From Patescibacteria group bacterium (GTDB lineage Bacteria > Patescibacteriota > Gracilibacteria > UBA1369 > LOWO2-01-FULL-3), in NCBI GenBank assembly GCA_038065735.1, contig JBBTQK010000003.1, positions 64,704-128,703 of the forward strand: a DNA stretch of 64,000 bases, written 5' to 3'. Under the pieces are notes generated by a model. The model was not told the DNA's origin. It worked only from the letters and a program-made list of their open reading frames with translations, and did no database searches. Both the position numbers and the translations under genes were made by a program. Of this stretch, positions 17,665-28,787 are shown piece after piece (position 1 is the first letter of the stretch; every line of letters starts with the position of its first letter).

Positions 17665-18858
17665 CTATTTCAAAATCTTTGCTACTACTCCGGCACCTAC
17701 TGTACGACCACCTTCACGGATGGCGAAACGAGTACCTTCTTCAAGAGCGATAGGAGCTCCAAGAGTAATTGTCATTTTAACGTTATCACCTGGCATAACC
17801 ATTTCTACGTCAGCTGGTAATTCTACAGAACCAGTTGCGTCAGTTGTACGGATGTAGAACTGAGGTTTGTAACCTTTGAAAAATGGAGTATGACGACCAC
17901 CTTCATCTTTTGTCAAAACGTAAATTTCAGATTCGAATGTAGTGTGTGGAGTGATTGAACCTGGTTTAGCAATAACCTGACCTCTTTCGATATCATCTCT
18001 TTCAACACCACGGATAAGTAGACCAACGTTGTCTCCAGCCTGACCTCTATCAAGGCTCTTTCTGAACATTTCAACACCAGTTACTACTACTTTTCTTGTT
18101 GGACGAATACCAACGATTTCAACTTCATCATTCACATTAACCACACCCTGATCAACTCTACCAGTTGCTACTGTACCTCTACCTTTGATAGAGAATACAT
18201 CTTCAACTGACATCAAGAATGGTTTGTCTAGGATACGAACTGGATCTGGAATATATGTATCAAGTACTTCAAGAAGATCAAGAATTGGTTTGTTAGCTAC
18301 TGGATCAGCTGGGTTTTCCATAGCTTTAAGAGCTGAACCACGGATGATTGGAGTAGTGTCTCCAGGGAATCCGTATTTATTTAGAAGTTCACGAACTTCA
18401 ATTTCTGAAAGATCAGCAATATCTGGATCAGCCATGTCGATCTTATTCAAGAAAACAACAATGTAAGGAACGTTAACCTGTTTAGCAAGAAGGATATGTT
18501 CACGAGTTTGTGGCATAGGACCATCTGCAGCAGATACTACTAGAATAGCGCCATCCATTTGAGCGGCACCAGTAATCATGTTCTTAACGTAATCGGCATG
18601 ACCTGGACAATCCACGTGAGCGTAATGTCTTTTAGCTGTAACGTATTCCTGATGAGAAGTTGAGATAGTAATACCTCTAGCTTTTTCTTCTGGGGCGTTA
18701 TCAATTTGGTCGTAAGCAACACCTTTGTTGCCACCACCGAATACTGTTGCTGCTACCATCGTGATTGCAGCTGTAAGGGTAGTTTTACCATGATCTACGT
18801 GGCCAATTGTACCTACGTTCACATGGACTTTACTGCGGTCAAAAACTCCTTCTGCCAT
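17665..18858 (-). CDS. tuf: elongation factor Tu
   Basis: [18 protein letters not shown] and NKID motifs, 397 aa. Confidence 0.99.
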   Translation of the reverse strand: MAEGVFDRSKVHVNVGTIGHVDHGKTTLTAAITMVAATVFGGGNKGVAYDQIDNAPEEKARGITISTSHQEYVTAKRHYAHVDCPGHADYVKNMITGAAQMDGAILVVSAADGPMPQTREHILLAKQVNVPYIVVFLNKIDMADPDIADLSEIEVRELLNKYGFPGDTTPIIRGSALKAMENPADPVANKPILDLLEVLDTYIPDPVRILDKPFLMSVEDVFSIKGRGTVATGRVDQGVVNVNDEVEIVGIRPTRKVVVTGVEMFRKSLDRGQAGDNVGLLIRGVERDDIERGQVIAKPGSITPHTTFESEIYVLTKDEGGRHTPFFKGYKPQFYIRTTDATGSVELPADVEMVMPGDNVKMTITLGAPIALEEGTRFAIREGGRTVGAGVVAKILK

Positions 18859-18916
18859 ATCATTGTTGTTTAGGGAATTAATAAATGTATATTTAGCGCT
18901 GATTTACAGCGGACGA

Positions 18917-18945
18917 ATAGTATATTATCAATTATTTATTGTCAA
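18917..18945 (-). promoter_or_regulatory. candidate internal promoter upstream of tuf
   Basis: Minus strand: TTGACA (revcomp of 18940-18945), 17 nt, TACTAT (revcomp of 18917-18922). Lies in the 91-bp fusA-tuf spacer. Confidence 0.4.
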
Positions 18946-18949
18946 TAAA

Positions 18950-21055
18950 TTATCGATTGTTTACGCCTGTTCTCTTGGTAATGATTCCTTCTGCTACGTT
19001 AGTTGGAACTTTTTCGTAATGACCGAATTCCATAGCGTAGTTACCACGACCCTGAGTCATAGATCTCAAGTCAGTAGCGTAACCAAACATCGCTCCCAAT
19101 GGGATAGTCGCCTTGATGAATTTAACTACACCTCTGTCGCCAGTTTCCTGGATCTGCCCGCGACGTGAGTTAATATCACCCATAACATCACCAAAGTAAT
19201 TTTCTGGAACTGTAACCTCAACTTTCATGATAGGTTCCAAAATAACTGGGTTAGCCTTCTTAGCCGCTTCCTGGAAACAAATTGAACCGGCAATTTTGAA
19301 CGCCATTTCTGATGAATCCACATCATGGTATGAACCATCAAGAAGTTCTGCCTTGATATCCACTATTGGGTAACCGGCCAAAATACCTTTTGTTAAAGCT
19401 TCTTTTACACCTTTGTCTACCGCAGGAATAAATTCTCTTGGAATTCTACCTCCAACTACTGAGTTCACGAATTCATAACCTTTACCTGGTTCCATTGGAG
19501 AGAATTTCATTACTACGTGACCAAACTGACCACGACCACCAGATTGTTTTGCATATTTTTCTTCACCTTCAATCTCTTTTGAAATTGTTTCACGGTAAGC
19601 TACCTGTGGAGCACCGATATTAGCTTCTACCTTAAATTCACGACGCATACGATCAACGATGATATCAAGATGTAATTCACCCATACCAGCGATAATTGTC
19701 TGTCCAGTTTCTTCATCAGTATTTACACGGAAAGTTGGATCTTCTTCAGCAAGTCTCTGTAGCGCAAAGCCCATTTTTTCCTGATCAGCTTTAGTTTTTG
19801 GTTCAACTGCGATACGGATAACTGGCTCTGGGAAAGTAATTGATTCAAGAAGAATAGGATTATTTGGATCGCAAAGTGTGTTACCAGTTGTAGTCTTTTT
19901 CAAACCTACGATGGCAGCAATATCACCAGCGTGTACTTCTTTAATTTCGTTTCTGTGGTTGGCGTGCATTTGGATCAAACGACCAATACGTTCTTGAGTA
20001 TCAGTTGAAGTGTTTAATGCGTAACTTCCGGATTGTAATTTTCCTGAGTAAACACGGATATATGTAAGTGAACCTACGAATGGATCACTTGCAATTTTAA
20101 ATGCCAAGGCACTAAATGGCTGATCAACGATCATTTTTCTTGTAATTGCTTCACCTGTATCTGGATTTGTTCCTTTAACTTCAGACAAATCTTGAGGACT
20201 TGGTAAGTAAAAACAAACTGCGTTTAATACCAACTGAGCTCCCATATTCTGCAAGGCGCTACCACAAACTACCGGGTAGATTTTGCTTACGATTGTAGCT
20301 CTACGGATAGCAGCTCTAATTTCGTCATTAGACATTTCTGCACCCTCAAGGAATTTTTCCATCAATATGTCGTCGTTTTCAGCAACTTTTTCAATCATGA
20401 TAGCGCGGAATTCTTCCACTTTATCATTCATGTCTTCTGGAATTGGAATTTCTTTATTTATTTCTCCGTTTTTACCTTCAAAAGTCCAGGCTTTTCTTTC
20501 GATCAAGTCAATTACACCTTTAAATTCTTTTTCAGCACCGATAGGTAACTGGATGGCTACTGCATTTGGGTTAAGTCTTGTGTGAATACTCTTCAAGCTC
20601 ATGTAGAAATCTCCACCAACTTTATCCATTTTGTTAATGAAGGCAACACGAGGAACGTTATATTTATCAGCCTGTCTCCAAACTGTTTCTGACTGAGGTT
20701 CCACACCCATACCACCATCGAATACTGCCACACCTCCGTCAAGTACGCGAAGTGAGCGTTCTACTTCTACAGTAAAATCTACGTGACCTGGAGTATCGAT
20801 AATGTTGATTCTATATTCTGATTTGTCATCGCATCCGATTGGAGTCCAAAAACAAGTTGTAGCCGCTGAAGTAATTGTGATACCTCTTTCCTGCTCTTGT
20901 TCCATCCAATCCATGGTTGCAGCACCTTCGTGCACTTCACCGATTTTGTAAGTTTTACCTGTGTAAAAAAGAATACGCTCTGTAACTGTTGTTTTACCTG
21001 CATCGATGTGCGCGATAATTCCGATATTACGTAATTTGCTGAGATCTTCGGCCAT
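18950..21055 (-). CDS. fusA: elongation factor G
   Basis: [17 protein letters not shown] and NKMD motifs, 701 aa. Confidence 0.99.
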   Translation of the reverse strand: MAEDLSKLRNIGIIAHIDAGKTTVTERILFYTGKTYKIGEVHEGAATMDWMEQEQERGITITSAATTCFWTPIGCDDKSEYRINIIDTPGHVDFTVEVERSLRVLDGGVAVFDGGMGVEPQSETVWRQADKYNVPRVAFINKMDKVGGDFYMSLKSIHTRLNPNAVAIQLPIGAEKEFKGVIDLIERKAWTFEGKNGEINKEIPIPEDMNDKVEEFRAIMIEKVAENDDILMEKFLEGAEMSNDEIRAAIRRATIVSKIYPVVCGSALQNMGAQLVLNAVCFYLPSPQDLSEVKGTNPDTGEAITRKMIVDQPFSALAFKIASDPFVGSLTYIRVYSGKLQSGSYALNTSTDTQERIGRLIQMHANHRNEIKEVHAGDIAAIVGLKKTTTGNTLCDPNNPILLESITFPEPVIRIAVEPKTKADQEKMGFALQRLAEEDPTFRVNTDEETGQTIIAGMGELHLDIIVDRMRREFKVEANIGAPQVAYRETISKEIEGEEKYAKQSGGRGQFGHVVMKFSPMEPGKGYEFVNSVVGGRIPREFIPAVDKGVKEALTKGILAGYPIVDIKAELLDGSYHDVDSSEMAFKIAGSICFQEAAKKANPVILEPIMKVEVTVPENYFGDVMGDINSRRGQIQETGDRGVVKFIKATIPLGAMFGYATDLRSMTQGRGNYAMEFGHYEKVPTNVAEGIITKRTGVNNR

Positions 21056-21149
21056 GGTATTGGGAAATTAAAATTTAAATAAAATGTTGTGCGTCAATTT
21101 GGATTTCGACGCAGGGAGATTATATGTTTTGAATGGCTTAAGTCAAGGC

Positions 21150-21548
21150 TTAACTCTTTTTTGAGAAATCTCTTCTGCCAGCGATTAATAGGCCTAGAGT
21201 TGTCAGGGTTAGAATAAGGCTAATTAGAAATTCTTGGCTGAGGATTTGTTTGCCGTAGTTAGCCAAAAGCATAGCGAACAACACAAGTGGAATAATGGTA
21301 AAGATTAGCCCTGTAATGAATGACCAACGTTTTAGTTTTATGAGATAGTACCCGATTATTGTGCTGAGTACACCCTCGATTATGCTAATGGTGTAAAGCG
21401 TCTCCTCAATTCCAGAAAGCAATTCTTCCGGATTAACAGGTTTGCCCATTTCGACAACTAAATTTATGGTTCCGCTAATTAGCATAAGCAAACCACTAAC
21501 TAAAAGAATGAGTGCGGCGATTTTGATGGCAGCGGATGGAGTTTTCAT
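21150..21548 (-). CDS. hypothetical small membrane protein (about 4 TM segments)
   Basis: Hydrophobic ORF. I prefer the start at the ATG giving MKTPSAAIKIAALILL (21548), which avoids overlap with the divergent msrB start. The ORF track extends to 21593. Confidence 0.55.
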   Translation of the reverse strand: MKTPSAAIKIAALILLVSGLLMLISGTINLVVEMGKPVNPEELLSGIEETLYTISIIEGVLSTIIGYYLIKLKRWSFITGLIFTIIPLVLFAMLLANYGKQILSQEFLISLILTLTTLGLLIAGRRDFSKKS

Positions 21549-21587
21549 AAATTTTGTTAAATTTGAGAATAAAGTTATACTGATTTT

Positions 21588-21950
21588 ATGCAATTAAATG
21601 ATTTAACACCAGAGGAAGAGCGGGTAATTGTTGGGAAGGGGACTGAAGGGGCTTTTACTGGTGAATATACAGATACTTTTAGAGATGGTGTGTATGTTTG
21701 TCGACGTTGTGATGCGCCGCTTTATACTTCGGATAGTAAATTTCATTCGGGATGTGGCTGGCCGAGTTTTGATCAGGAAATTCCTGGGGCAGTTAAGAAT
21801 ACTACGGATGCGGATGGCAGGCGTACAGAGATTACTTGTATGAATTGTGGCGGGCATCTCGGGCATGTTTTTACGGGAGAATCTTTTACGGAAAAAAATG
21901 TGCGACACTGCGTGAATTCAATTTCTTTAAAATTTATTCCTAAAAAATAA
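21588..21950 (+). CDS. msrB: peptide-methionine (R)-S-oxide reductase
   Basis: [16 protein letters not shown] and CGGHLGHVF motifs. Confidence 0.93.
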   Translation: MQLNDLTPEEERVIVGKGTEGAFTGEYTDTFRDGVYVCRRCDAPLYTSDSKFHSGCGWPSFDQEIPGAVKNTTDADGRRTEITCMNCGGHLGHVFTGESFTEKNVRHCVNSISLKFIPKK

Positions 21951-21951
21951 T

Positions 21952-22479
21952 ATGGAAACTGTAGTTTTAGGTGGAGGCTGTTTTTGGTGTACGGAAGCGA
22001 TTTTTCAGCAGTTGAGGGGAGTTGTGAAGGTGACTTCAGGATATGCCGGTGGAGAATTTAAAAATCCCGGATATTATGATTTGGCAATGGGTAGAGCTGA
22101 TCAGGCAGAAGTGATTAAAGTAGAATTTGATCCTGCTGTGATTACGTTGCGAGATTTGTTGGATGTATTTTTTCACACACATAATCCGACTACGGTTAAT
22201 CAACAGGGTGCGGATAAGGGACCGGCTTATCGCTCGGTAATTCTTTATACTAGTCCTGAGCAAAAGGGGATTGCGGAGAATTTGATTGCAGAATTGGGGC
22301 GGTCAGGAGAATTTGGAAATCCGATTGTGACTGATGTGGAGCCTTTGGGAGAATTTTATGAAGCGGAAGAGGAACACCAAAGTTATTATGAACGGAATTC
22401 GTACCTGCCTTATTGCGAAGTCGTGATTTCACCGAAGCTGGCTAAGTTGCGGGAGAAATATAGGGAGAAGTTGAAGTAG
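21952..22479 (+). CDS. msrA: peptide-methionine (S)-S-oxide reductase
   Basis: GGGCFWCTEA active-site motif. Starts 1 nt after msrB. Confidence 0.93.
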   Translation: METVVLGGGCFWCTEAIFQQLRGVVKVTSGYAGGEFKNPGYYDLAMGRADQAEVIKVEFDPAVITLRDLLDVFFHTHNPTTVNQQGADKGPAYRSVILYTSPEQKGIAENLIAELGRSGEFGNPIVTDVEPLGEFYEAEEEHQSYYERNSYLPYCEVVISPKLAKLREKYREKLK

Positions 22480-22487
22480 GGATTGGG

Positions 22488-22805
22488 TTAAACCGAGATT
22501 CCTAGTGCACGATTTTGCCTTTGTTCGAGTGAGTGAAGGATCTCATCTATCTGCTCATCTGTTAGTGAGCCTTCTTGAAGTCGTAAATGGATTTCTTGTC
22601 GGCATAAACCAGCTTTAGAAAGACCGCCATGGGGTAATTCTTGAAGAGTTGTTAGGTGGAGTGTTTCTCCGCTGTAGCCACTTACAAAAAGATGTCTTCC
22701 CATTCCTTGACTCAATCTGATCAATTCTTGATCCGTCAGTCTTTGTGGATTAAATCCTGCTGAAACGCTGCCTTTTAGTGCTTGGTAATCTATTCTGTTT
22801 TCCAT
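22488..22805 (-). CDS. hypothetical protein (105 aa)
   Basis: ORF only, no motif recognised. Gln/Leu/Gly-rich composition, atypical for this genome. Confidence 0.45.
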   Translation of the reverse strand: MENRIDYQALKGSVSAGFNPQRLTDQELIRLSQGMGRHLFVSGYSGETLHLTTLQELPHGGLSKAGLCRQEIHLRLQEGSLTDEQIDEILHSLEQRQNRALGISV

Positions 22806-22896
22806 ATTACGGACTTATTTAGAAGTTTTGATTCTAGCCTTAGGGCAGTAAGTAAGTCAATGATTTGCTTTGGTATATTCTTTGTTGTACTTTGTG

Positions 22897-22916
22897 TTTT
22901 CGGACCGGTCCGAAAA
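22897..22916. repeat. 20-nt perfect palindrome TTTTCGGACCGGTCCGAAAA, copy 1
   Basis: Read directly from the sequence. A second copy lies at 23745-23763. It shares the TTTCGG/CCGAAA arms with the REP-like element hairpins. Confidence 0.85.
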
Positions 22917-23044
22917 CAGCGTTTTACTTCCCTAAGAAGGTGGTCCAATTTAGTTTTGGTCTATTTGTAGCCGTTAATGGCGTTTTCGGTGTTGTTTTTG
23001 GGGAAGTCATTAAGAATACTAAATTGTGCGTTTGGCAAATTTTA

Positions 23045-23428
23045 TTAGTAGCTAAATACTACTTCCTGCAATTTTTCTTTGAAGGTGATTTCAAAGTTGT
23101 CAAAAATACCTTTTCTGCCTAAGAGGCATTCTACTTCTTCTTTACAGATGAGAACTGGGATTTTGAGTCTGATTTTATCAATAGTCAGGTATAGATCTGT
23201 TTGTTTTGCTTCTATTGATTCCAGATTTGCGGTTTCTATTTTTGTCTTATGATCTGGTAAAGATTTGTAAGTTAAACCTAAAATTGTTCCTGCTGATTGA
23301 GGAATCATGGTGTAATCGGCTCCACTATCAATTAGAAATTCAAAATAACGGCTGGAGTTTTGATCTTTGCCGAGTTTGGCCATTAACATTGGCCTATTTC
23401 TGATGTACGTAAAGGTAAGGTGCGACAT
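23045..23428 (-). CDS. retropepsin-like (clan AA) aspartic protease
   Basis: FLIDSGADYTMIP contains the D-S/T-G-A catalytic signature in a ~115-127-aa protein. An alternative start at MLMAKLG (23389) would remove the overlap with the upstream ORF. Confidence 0.7.
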   Translation of the reverse strand: MSHLTFTYIRNRPMLMAKLGKDQNSSRYFEFLIDSGADYTMIPQSAGTILGLTYKSLPDHKTKIETANLESIEAKQTDLYLTIDKIRLKIPVLICKEEVECLLGRKGIFDNFEITFKEKLQEVVFSY

Positions 23429-23612
23429 ATTTTGGGTGAATGCGGGATACTAGAAATTCTTTTTTTTCTATGTCCGGCATTACTTTTTTGGCTTCATGAA
23501 GTGCTATTACGCAATCCGTGCCAATTCCCAAAACTTTTCCGTTGAAAGAAATGATGGTTTTACCAACATGCTTTTCTTCCATTCTGGCTGATATGTTTGG
23601 AGCTTTTATCAT
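23394..23612 (-). CDS. small partner protein of the aspartic protease (resembles the DUF5678 family)
   Basis: 72-aa ORF translationally coupled to the protease gene. The GKTIISFNGKVLGIGTD...EAKK pattern resembles small proteins I recall being paired with clan AA proteases. Family assignment is from memory only. Confidence 0.45.
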   Translation of the reverse strand: MIKAPNISARMEEKHVGKTIISFNGKVLGIGTDCVIALHEAKKVMPDIEKKEFLVSRIHPKYVAPYLYVHQK

Positions 23613-23744
23613 ATGCTTACATGCTAGCTTAAAATGTGGATGCCGACAACTTTAGTTATATCAAATAGACATTAAATAATTATTAAATTTTCTTAAAATC
23701 TTTTCAGGTTGGTTTGCGAATTCCTATATTTATTGCAGTTTAAG

Positions 23745-23763
23745 TTTTCGGACCGGTCCGAAA
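23745..23763. repeat. palindrome TTTTCGGACCGGTCCGAAA, copy 2
   Basis: 19 of 20 nt identical to 22897-22916. The two copies bracket the protease cassette. Confidence 0.85.
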
Positions 23764-23782
23764 GTCTTGTAATTGGATAGGC

Positions 23783-23817
23783 AAAAAAAGAGCCTCGATT
23801 TTGGTCGAAGCTCTTTT
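23783..23817 (-). terminator. rho-independent terminator after rpsG
   Basis: Minus-strand RNA reads AAAGAGCUUCGA-CCAAAA-UCGAGGCUCUUU followed by a U-run. 11 bp with one mismatch. Confidence 0.7.
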
Positions 23818-23854
23818 AGAATTATTGTTTCAGTCCGATTTGCTTGGGGGAACG

Positions 23855-23868
23855 GGCGACAAGTCGCC
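23855..23868 (-). repeat. stop-abutting palindromic hairpin (GGCGAC-AA-GTCGCC)
   Basis: Directly adjacent to the rpsG stop codon (23869-23871) and identical to 7997-8010. Confidence 0.65.
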
Positions 23869-24321
23869 TTAATACTTAGCCAAGTGAGCGAATGCTTTGT
23901 TAGCGTCGGCCATACGGTTGGTGTCTTCTTTCTTTTTGAAAGCAGAACCCTGTTCGTTTGAAGCGTCTACTAATTCGTTAGCTAGTTTTTGTGCCATTGG
24001 AGCACCTTTTTTACCTCTTGAAGCGATCAATATCCAGCGACAAGCTAGAGCTAATTGACGATCTGCTTTAACTTCTCTTGGAACCTGGTAAACCGCGCCA
24101 CCGATTCTTTTTGGGCGGATTTCCATCTGTGGTTTGCAGTTATCCAAAGCCAATTTGAAAACTTTTTCTGGATCTGCAGAAGTCTTTTTAGCTACTATTT
24201 TTAAAGTTTCATTAAAAATTTTGCGAGCTATGGATTTCTTACCTTCTTTCATCAAGTAGTTGATGAATTTTTCCTGAAGGGGAGAAGAGTTTTCTGGGAT
24301 GTAAGTAACTTTTGATCTCAT
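23869..24321 (-). CDS. rpsG: 30S ribosomal protein S7
   Basis: 150 aa, FINYLMKEGKKSIA and VEVRSR-like (MEIRPKRIGGAVYQVP) motifs. Follows rpsL. Confidence 0.97.
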   Translation of the reverse strand: MRSKVTYIPENSSPLQEKFINYLMKEGKKSIARKIFNETLKIVAKKTSADPEKVFKLALDNCKPQMEIRPKRIGGAVYQVPREVKADRQLALACRWILIASRGKKGAPMAQKLANELVDASNEQGSAFKKKEDTNRMADANKAFAHLAKY

Positions 24322-24340
24322 ATTCTATTACGATAGGTAA

Positions 24341-24760
24341 TTATTTAGTAGCCTTAGGTTTCTTTGCACCGTATCTTGAACGTCCTTGTTTTCTGTTTTG
24401 TACACCCTGAGTGTCCAAAACACCACGAACGATATGGTAACGCACACCCGGTAGATCTTTTACTTTTCCTCCACGAATCATCACAACTGAGTGTTCCTGT
24501 AGGTTGTGACCTTCTCCTGGGATATAAGCCATAACTTCAGTTCCGTTAGTAAGTCTAACTTTTGCAATCTTACGAAGCGCTGAGTTAGGTTTTTTAGGCG
24601 TCATAGTAGTAACTTTCACACATACACCACGTTTGAATGGTGAGTTTACTTTTGTGTTAGTGTTCTTAAGATGATTAAACATCTCATGCAAGGCTGGAGA
24701 TTTGCTCTTTGCCTTTACACTTTTTCTAGGACGTCTGACTAACTGGTTAATAGTTGGCAT
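24341..24760 (-). CDS. rpsL: 30S ribosomal protein S12
   Basis: [10 protein letters not shown]-terminus and [10 protein letters not shown] motif. Confidence 0.98.
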   Translation of the reverse strand: MPTINQLVRRPRKSVKAKSKSPALHEMFNHLKNTNTKVNSPFKRGVCVKVTTMTPKKPNSALRKIAKVRLTNGTEVMAYIPGEGHNLQEHSVVMIRGGKVKDLPGVRYHIVRGVLDTQGVQNRKQGRSRYGAKKPKATK

Positions 24761-24823
24761 AATATAATTTTATAGCTGTGCTAATTTATCTGACAATTTT
24801 TTGAAATGCAAGAGAATCTTCGC

Positions 24824-27800
24824 TTAAATAACAGGCAATGTCTTTACCTTTTCTACGCTGTCGTCGTCTCCTCTATCAAATTCAGGTTCTGCAAGGTGCT
24901 GCATTTTTCTGAAAGTTTCGCCGGCTGGGATCAATTTACCGATGATAACATTCTCTTTTAGACCCTGTAGATTATCTATACGGTTTGTTGTAGAAGCTTC
25001 TACCAATACTCTAATTGTTTCCTGGAAAGAAGCCGCAGATAACCAGCTATCAGTGTAAAGAGCGATACGAGTCAAACCAAGAAGCAATCTCTCGCCTTTA
25101 GTTTTACGTTTGCCCTTTTTAGCTAAAGCTTCGTTTGTGCGGTTGTATCTAATAATATCCACAATTTCACCAGGTAAGAAGTCACTGTCGCCGGATTCCA
25201 TAATTCTAACTTTTGATAGCATTTGTTTAGCGATGATTTCGATATGTTTGTCATTGATTGTCTGACCCTGAGAAGCGTAAATGCTTTGTACCTCAGTAAC
25301 AATGTACTTTTGAACAGTGTATTCATCTGTTAAATGCATCAATTGTTTAAGATCCAAATGACCAGTCGTAATTGCCTGACCTTTTGAAACCATCATGTTG
25401 TCCTTGATCTTCAAACTTCTTGAGAATGGAACCTGATATACCTTTCGGATTTTGTCGTCTGTACGGATCACGATGGAATTATCTTCGATACGAACAACTT
25501 TACCATCCTGATCAGCCTTTAGAGTGCCTTTTTGATTTGCATCTTTAGCAATACTCATTTTAGCTTTAACTTTATCTCCAGGTTTTACCATTGATTCCAT
25601 TTCTCCAGTCATAAGGTAGCTGATTTCAACCGGTTCAAGTGAAGTAACACTGATTTCAGTTTGTTTACCTTTTTGATGAATGTGAGCTTTACCTTCGATT
25701 TCAGAAATGATACCTGGATTTTTTGGGCTTCTTGCTTCAAATAATTCTTCTACACGAGTTAGACCTTGAGTGATATCTCCACCTTCGGCCACACCACCCA
25801 TGTGGAAGGTTCTCATGGTAAGCTGCGTACCCGGTTCACCGATACTCTGAGCGGCTATAATACCTACCGCAGTACCGATGGCGATGTTTTTACTTGTACC
25901 AAGGTCTTTACCATAACATTGGATACAAATACCGTTCAAAGTCTGACATGTGATAACTGAACGTACGTGTACAATATTGATCTCGTTAGCTTTGATAGCT
26001 TTTAGAGTTTCTTTTTCGATAGTGTTACCTTTTTTAGCGATGGTAGCACCTTTTTTGTCTTTAAGATCTTCTGCCAAAGTACGACCATAAATACGTACCT
26101 CGAATTTTTCACCAATTACTTCTGATTCTTCACGAGTGATAATGTGAACTTGCTTAGAACCACAATCGTCTTCGCGGATAACTACGTCCTGGTTTGAGTC
26201 AACTAGACGTCTAGTCAAATAACCGGCTTCCGCAGTCTTTAGGGCTGTATCGGATTTACCTTTACGTCCTCCGTGTGTCGCAATGAAGTATTCCAAGATC
26301 TTAAAACCTTCTTTAAGATTTGATTTAATCGGCAACTCAATTGTTTTACCGGCTGGATTAGCTACCAACCCTTTCATTCCGCAAAGCTGAGTAATTTGTC
26401 CCCAGTTACCGCGGGCTCCAGAGTCGATCATGTAGAATACGTTGTTGCTTGGATCGATACTCTTGATCATGCAGGTAGTAATTTCTGCCTTGGTTTTTGA
26501 CCAAACTTTAATTGTGTGTAAATAACGTTCGTTGTCTGTGATAAGACCTTTCCAGTATTGATTGCTGATTTGTTTAACAACTTCAGAAGAAGCTTCTACG
26601 ATGGCGTTTTTTTCTTTAGGCACAATCATATCGGCCTGGCTGAAAGAGATACCTGACTTAGTCGCAAATTTGAAACCAAGATCCTTTAAATCATCAGTTA
26701 ATTTTGAAGTTTTTTCGATGCCAAACATTTCAAAACAATCGCTGACAAGTTCGCTTAATTTTTTCTTGCCCATGTTTTCATTCTGGTAGCCAAGACCGTC
26801 TGGTACATAGCTGTTAAAAATCAAACGACCAATTGTTGTCTCAAGAATTTCTCCTTTGAAACGACATTTGATTGGGGCCTGGAGAGAGGCGTGACCACCC
26901 TGGTAAGCGAGAACGGCTTCTTTAATATCTGAGAAAGCCATACCTTCACCTTTTAATCCAGAGTTAAGTTTTGTTAGATAGTAGCAACCAAGCACCATGT
27001 CCTGAGTAGGTGTGATGATAGGTTCTCCAGAAGAAGGCTTAAGAATGTTGTGCTTTGAAAGCATCAAAGTCTTAGCCTCGTGTTGAGCGGCTGTTGATAA
27101 TGGTACGTGAATAGCCATCTGATCACCATCGAAATCGGCGTTGAATGCGGCACAAACTAGTGGATGTACCTGAATAGCTTTACCTTCGATTAGGATAGGT
27201 TGGAAAGCTTGGATACCCAAACGGTGAAGGGTAGGCGCACGATTTAATAGTACGTAGTGATTTTTTGTAACTCTTTCAAGAATGTCCCAAACTTCTCTTT
27301 TACCGCTTTGAATAAGTCTTTCAGCGTTTTTGATGTTGTGGGCAAGACCATCTCTGATCAAGTGACCAATAATAAATGGTTTGAATAATTCCAAGGCCAT
27401 GATTTTTGGTAGACCACACTGATGAATTTTTAATTTTGGACCGATGATAATTACTGAACGACCAGAATAATCCACACGTTTTCCGAGCAAGTTCTGACGG
27501 AAGCGCCCTTGTTTACCCTTTAACATATCAGATAAAGAACGTAATTTACGTTTGTCTCCTGAGCTGAATACTGTTTTACCCTGACGGGCGCTGTTGTTTA
27601 ACAAAGTATCTACGGCTTCCTGTAACATACGTTTTTCATTTCTGCAGATTACCTCTGGAGCACCAATAGATAAAAGTCTTTTTAGACGGTTGTTTCTATT
27701 GATAACTCTTCTATAAAGATCGTTAAGATCTGAAGCGGCAAAACGACCTCCATCCAACTGTACCATCGGACGTAAATCCGGTGGAATGATTGGTAGGGTA

Positions 27801-28744
27801 GTCATGATAAACCATTCAGGTTTGATGTTGGCTTTGTCCAAACTACCAGCTAATTTAATTCTCTTGATGATCTTTTTTTGCTTTTGACCGGTTGCGTTTC
27901 TTGATTCTTTTTTCAATTTCTCAATAAGTTCTTTTAGGTTTATAGCACCCAAAATATTTCTGATTGTTTCAGCGCCACTACCAGCTTTGAAGACATGTCC
28001 AAATTTCATAGACATGTTTCTGTAATCAACTTCAGAATAAACTTTGCTTACAGCCAATTTTTCGAGAGCGTCTTTAGTGTCGTTATGCTGATAATCTAGA
28101 TCTTCGATTCGGTTTGCGTATTCTTTTTCTACATCTGTCAGAGTTTTTTTAGCTACAGAGGCATTTTCGATTTTTTCTACATCTAGAGATTTTTCTTTAA
28201 ATTCATCCTGAATTCTTTTTTTCTGTTCCTTATATTCCTGTAGAAGGTTTTTGATAGCTTCTTCTCTAGCAGCATCGTCAACTTCGTGAACTACGTAAGC
28301 TGCAAAATAAACAACCTGTTCGAGAGTTTTGATTGGAAGGTCTAATAGAAGGCCGATTCTACTTGGAGTAGAGCGTAAAAACCAGATATGAGTAACCGGA
28401 ACTGCCAATTTGATATGGCCAAGTCTTTCACGTCTTACAGAAGAACGTGTAACTTCAACTCCACATTTTTCACAAATCACGCCTTTATATCTAATTCTTT
28501 TGTACTTACCGCAATAACATTCCCAGTTTTTAGTTGGGCCAAATATTTTTTCGCAAAACAAACCATCGCGTTCTGGTTTTTGAGTACGGTAGTTGATGGT
28601 TTCAGGTTTTTTTACTTCACCGTGAGACCAACCTAAGATTTCCTCAGGAGAGGCAACTGATACTGTAATTGCATCAAACTGATCCTTGAAATTTCTTGAA
28701 TCATCTAGTTTTTGAGGCATAGATTTAGTATTGTTAGAAGTCAA
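24824..28744 (-). CDS. rpoC: DNA-directed RNA polymerase subunit beta-prime
   Basis: NADFDGDQM catalytic motif and an N-terminal zinc-binding Cys cluster. The ORF track starts at TTG 28744, but ATG 28720 ([11 protein letters not shown]) is an equally plausible start. Confidence 0.98.
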   Translation of the reverse strand: MTSNNTKSMPQKLDDSRNFKDQFDAITVSVASPEEILGWSHGEVKKPETINYRTQKPERDGLFCEKIFGPTKNWECYCGKYKRIRYKGVICEKCGVEVTRSSVRRERLGHIKLAVPVTHIWFLRSTPSRIGLLLDLPIKTLEQVVYFAAYVVHEVDDAAREEAIKNLLQEYKEQKKRIQDEFKEKSLDVEKIENASVAKKTLTDVEKEYANRIEDLDYQHNDTKDALEKLAVSKVYSEVDYRNMSMKFGHVFKAGSGAETIRNILGAINLKELIEKLKKESRNATGQKQKKIIKRIKLAGSLDKANIKPEWFIMTTLPIIPPDLRPMVQLDGGRFAASDLNDLYRRVINRNNRLKRLLSIGAPEVICRNEKRMLQEAVDTLLNNSARQGKTVFSSGDKRKLRSLSDMLKGKQGRFRQNLLGKRVDYSGRSVIIIGPKLKIHQCGLPKIMALELFKPFIIGHLIRDGLAHNIKNAERLIQSGKREVWDILERVTKNHYVLLNRAPTLHRLGIQAFQPILIEGKAIQVHPLVCAAFNADFDGDQMAIHVPLSTAAQHEAKTLMLSKHNILKPSSGEPIITPTQDMVLGCYYLTKLNSGLKGEGMAFSDIKEAVLAYQGGHASLQAPIKCRFKGEILETTIGRLIFNSYVPDGLGYQNENMGKKKLSELVSDCFEMFGIEKTSKLTDDLKDLGFKFATKSGISFSQADMIVPKEKNAIVEASSEVVKQISNQYWKGLITDNERYLHTIKVWSKTKAEITTCMIKSIDPSNNVFYMIDSGARGNWGQITQLCGMKGLVANPAGKTIELPIKSNLKEGFKILEYFIATHGGRKGKSDTALKTAEAGYLTRRLVDSNQDVVIREDDCGSKQVHIITREESEVIGEKFEVRIYGRTLAEDLKDKKGATIAKKGNTIEKETLKAIKANEINIVHVRSVITCQTLNGICIQCYGKDLGTSKNIAIGTAVGIIAAQSIGEPGTQLTMRTFHMGGVAEGGDITQGLTRVEELFEARSPKNPGIISEIEGKAHIHQKGKQTEISVTSLEPVEISYLMTGEMESMVKPGDKVKAKMSIAKDANQKGTLKADQDGKVVRIEDNSIVIRTDDKIRKVYQVPFSRSLKIKDNMMVSKGQAITTGHLDLKQLMHLTDEYTVQKYIVTEVQSIYASQGQTINDKHIEIIAKQMLSKVRIMESGDSDFLPGEIVDIIRYNRTNEALAKKGKRKTKGERLLLGLTRIALYTDSWLSAASFQETIRVLVEASTTNRIDNLQGLKENVIIGKLIPAGETFRKMQHLAEPEFDRGDDDSVEKVKTLPVI

Positions 28745-28787
28745 AGTATTTGAGATTAAAAGTTAATAATTTTACTTACAGTTGAGT

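Noticed and set aside
17569-17857. Plus-strand ORFs 17569-17820 and 17633-17857.
   Set aside because: They run through the bidirectional terminator and antisense into the tuf 3-prime end. They have no independent support.
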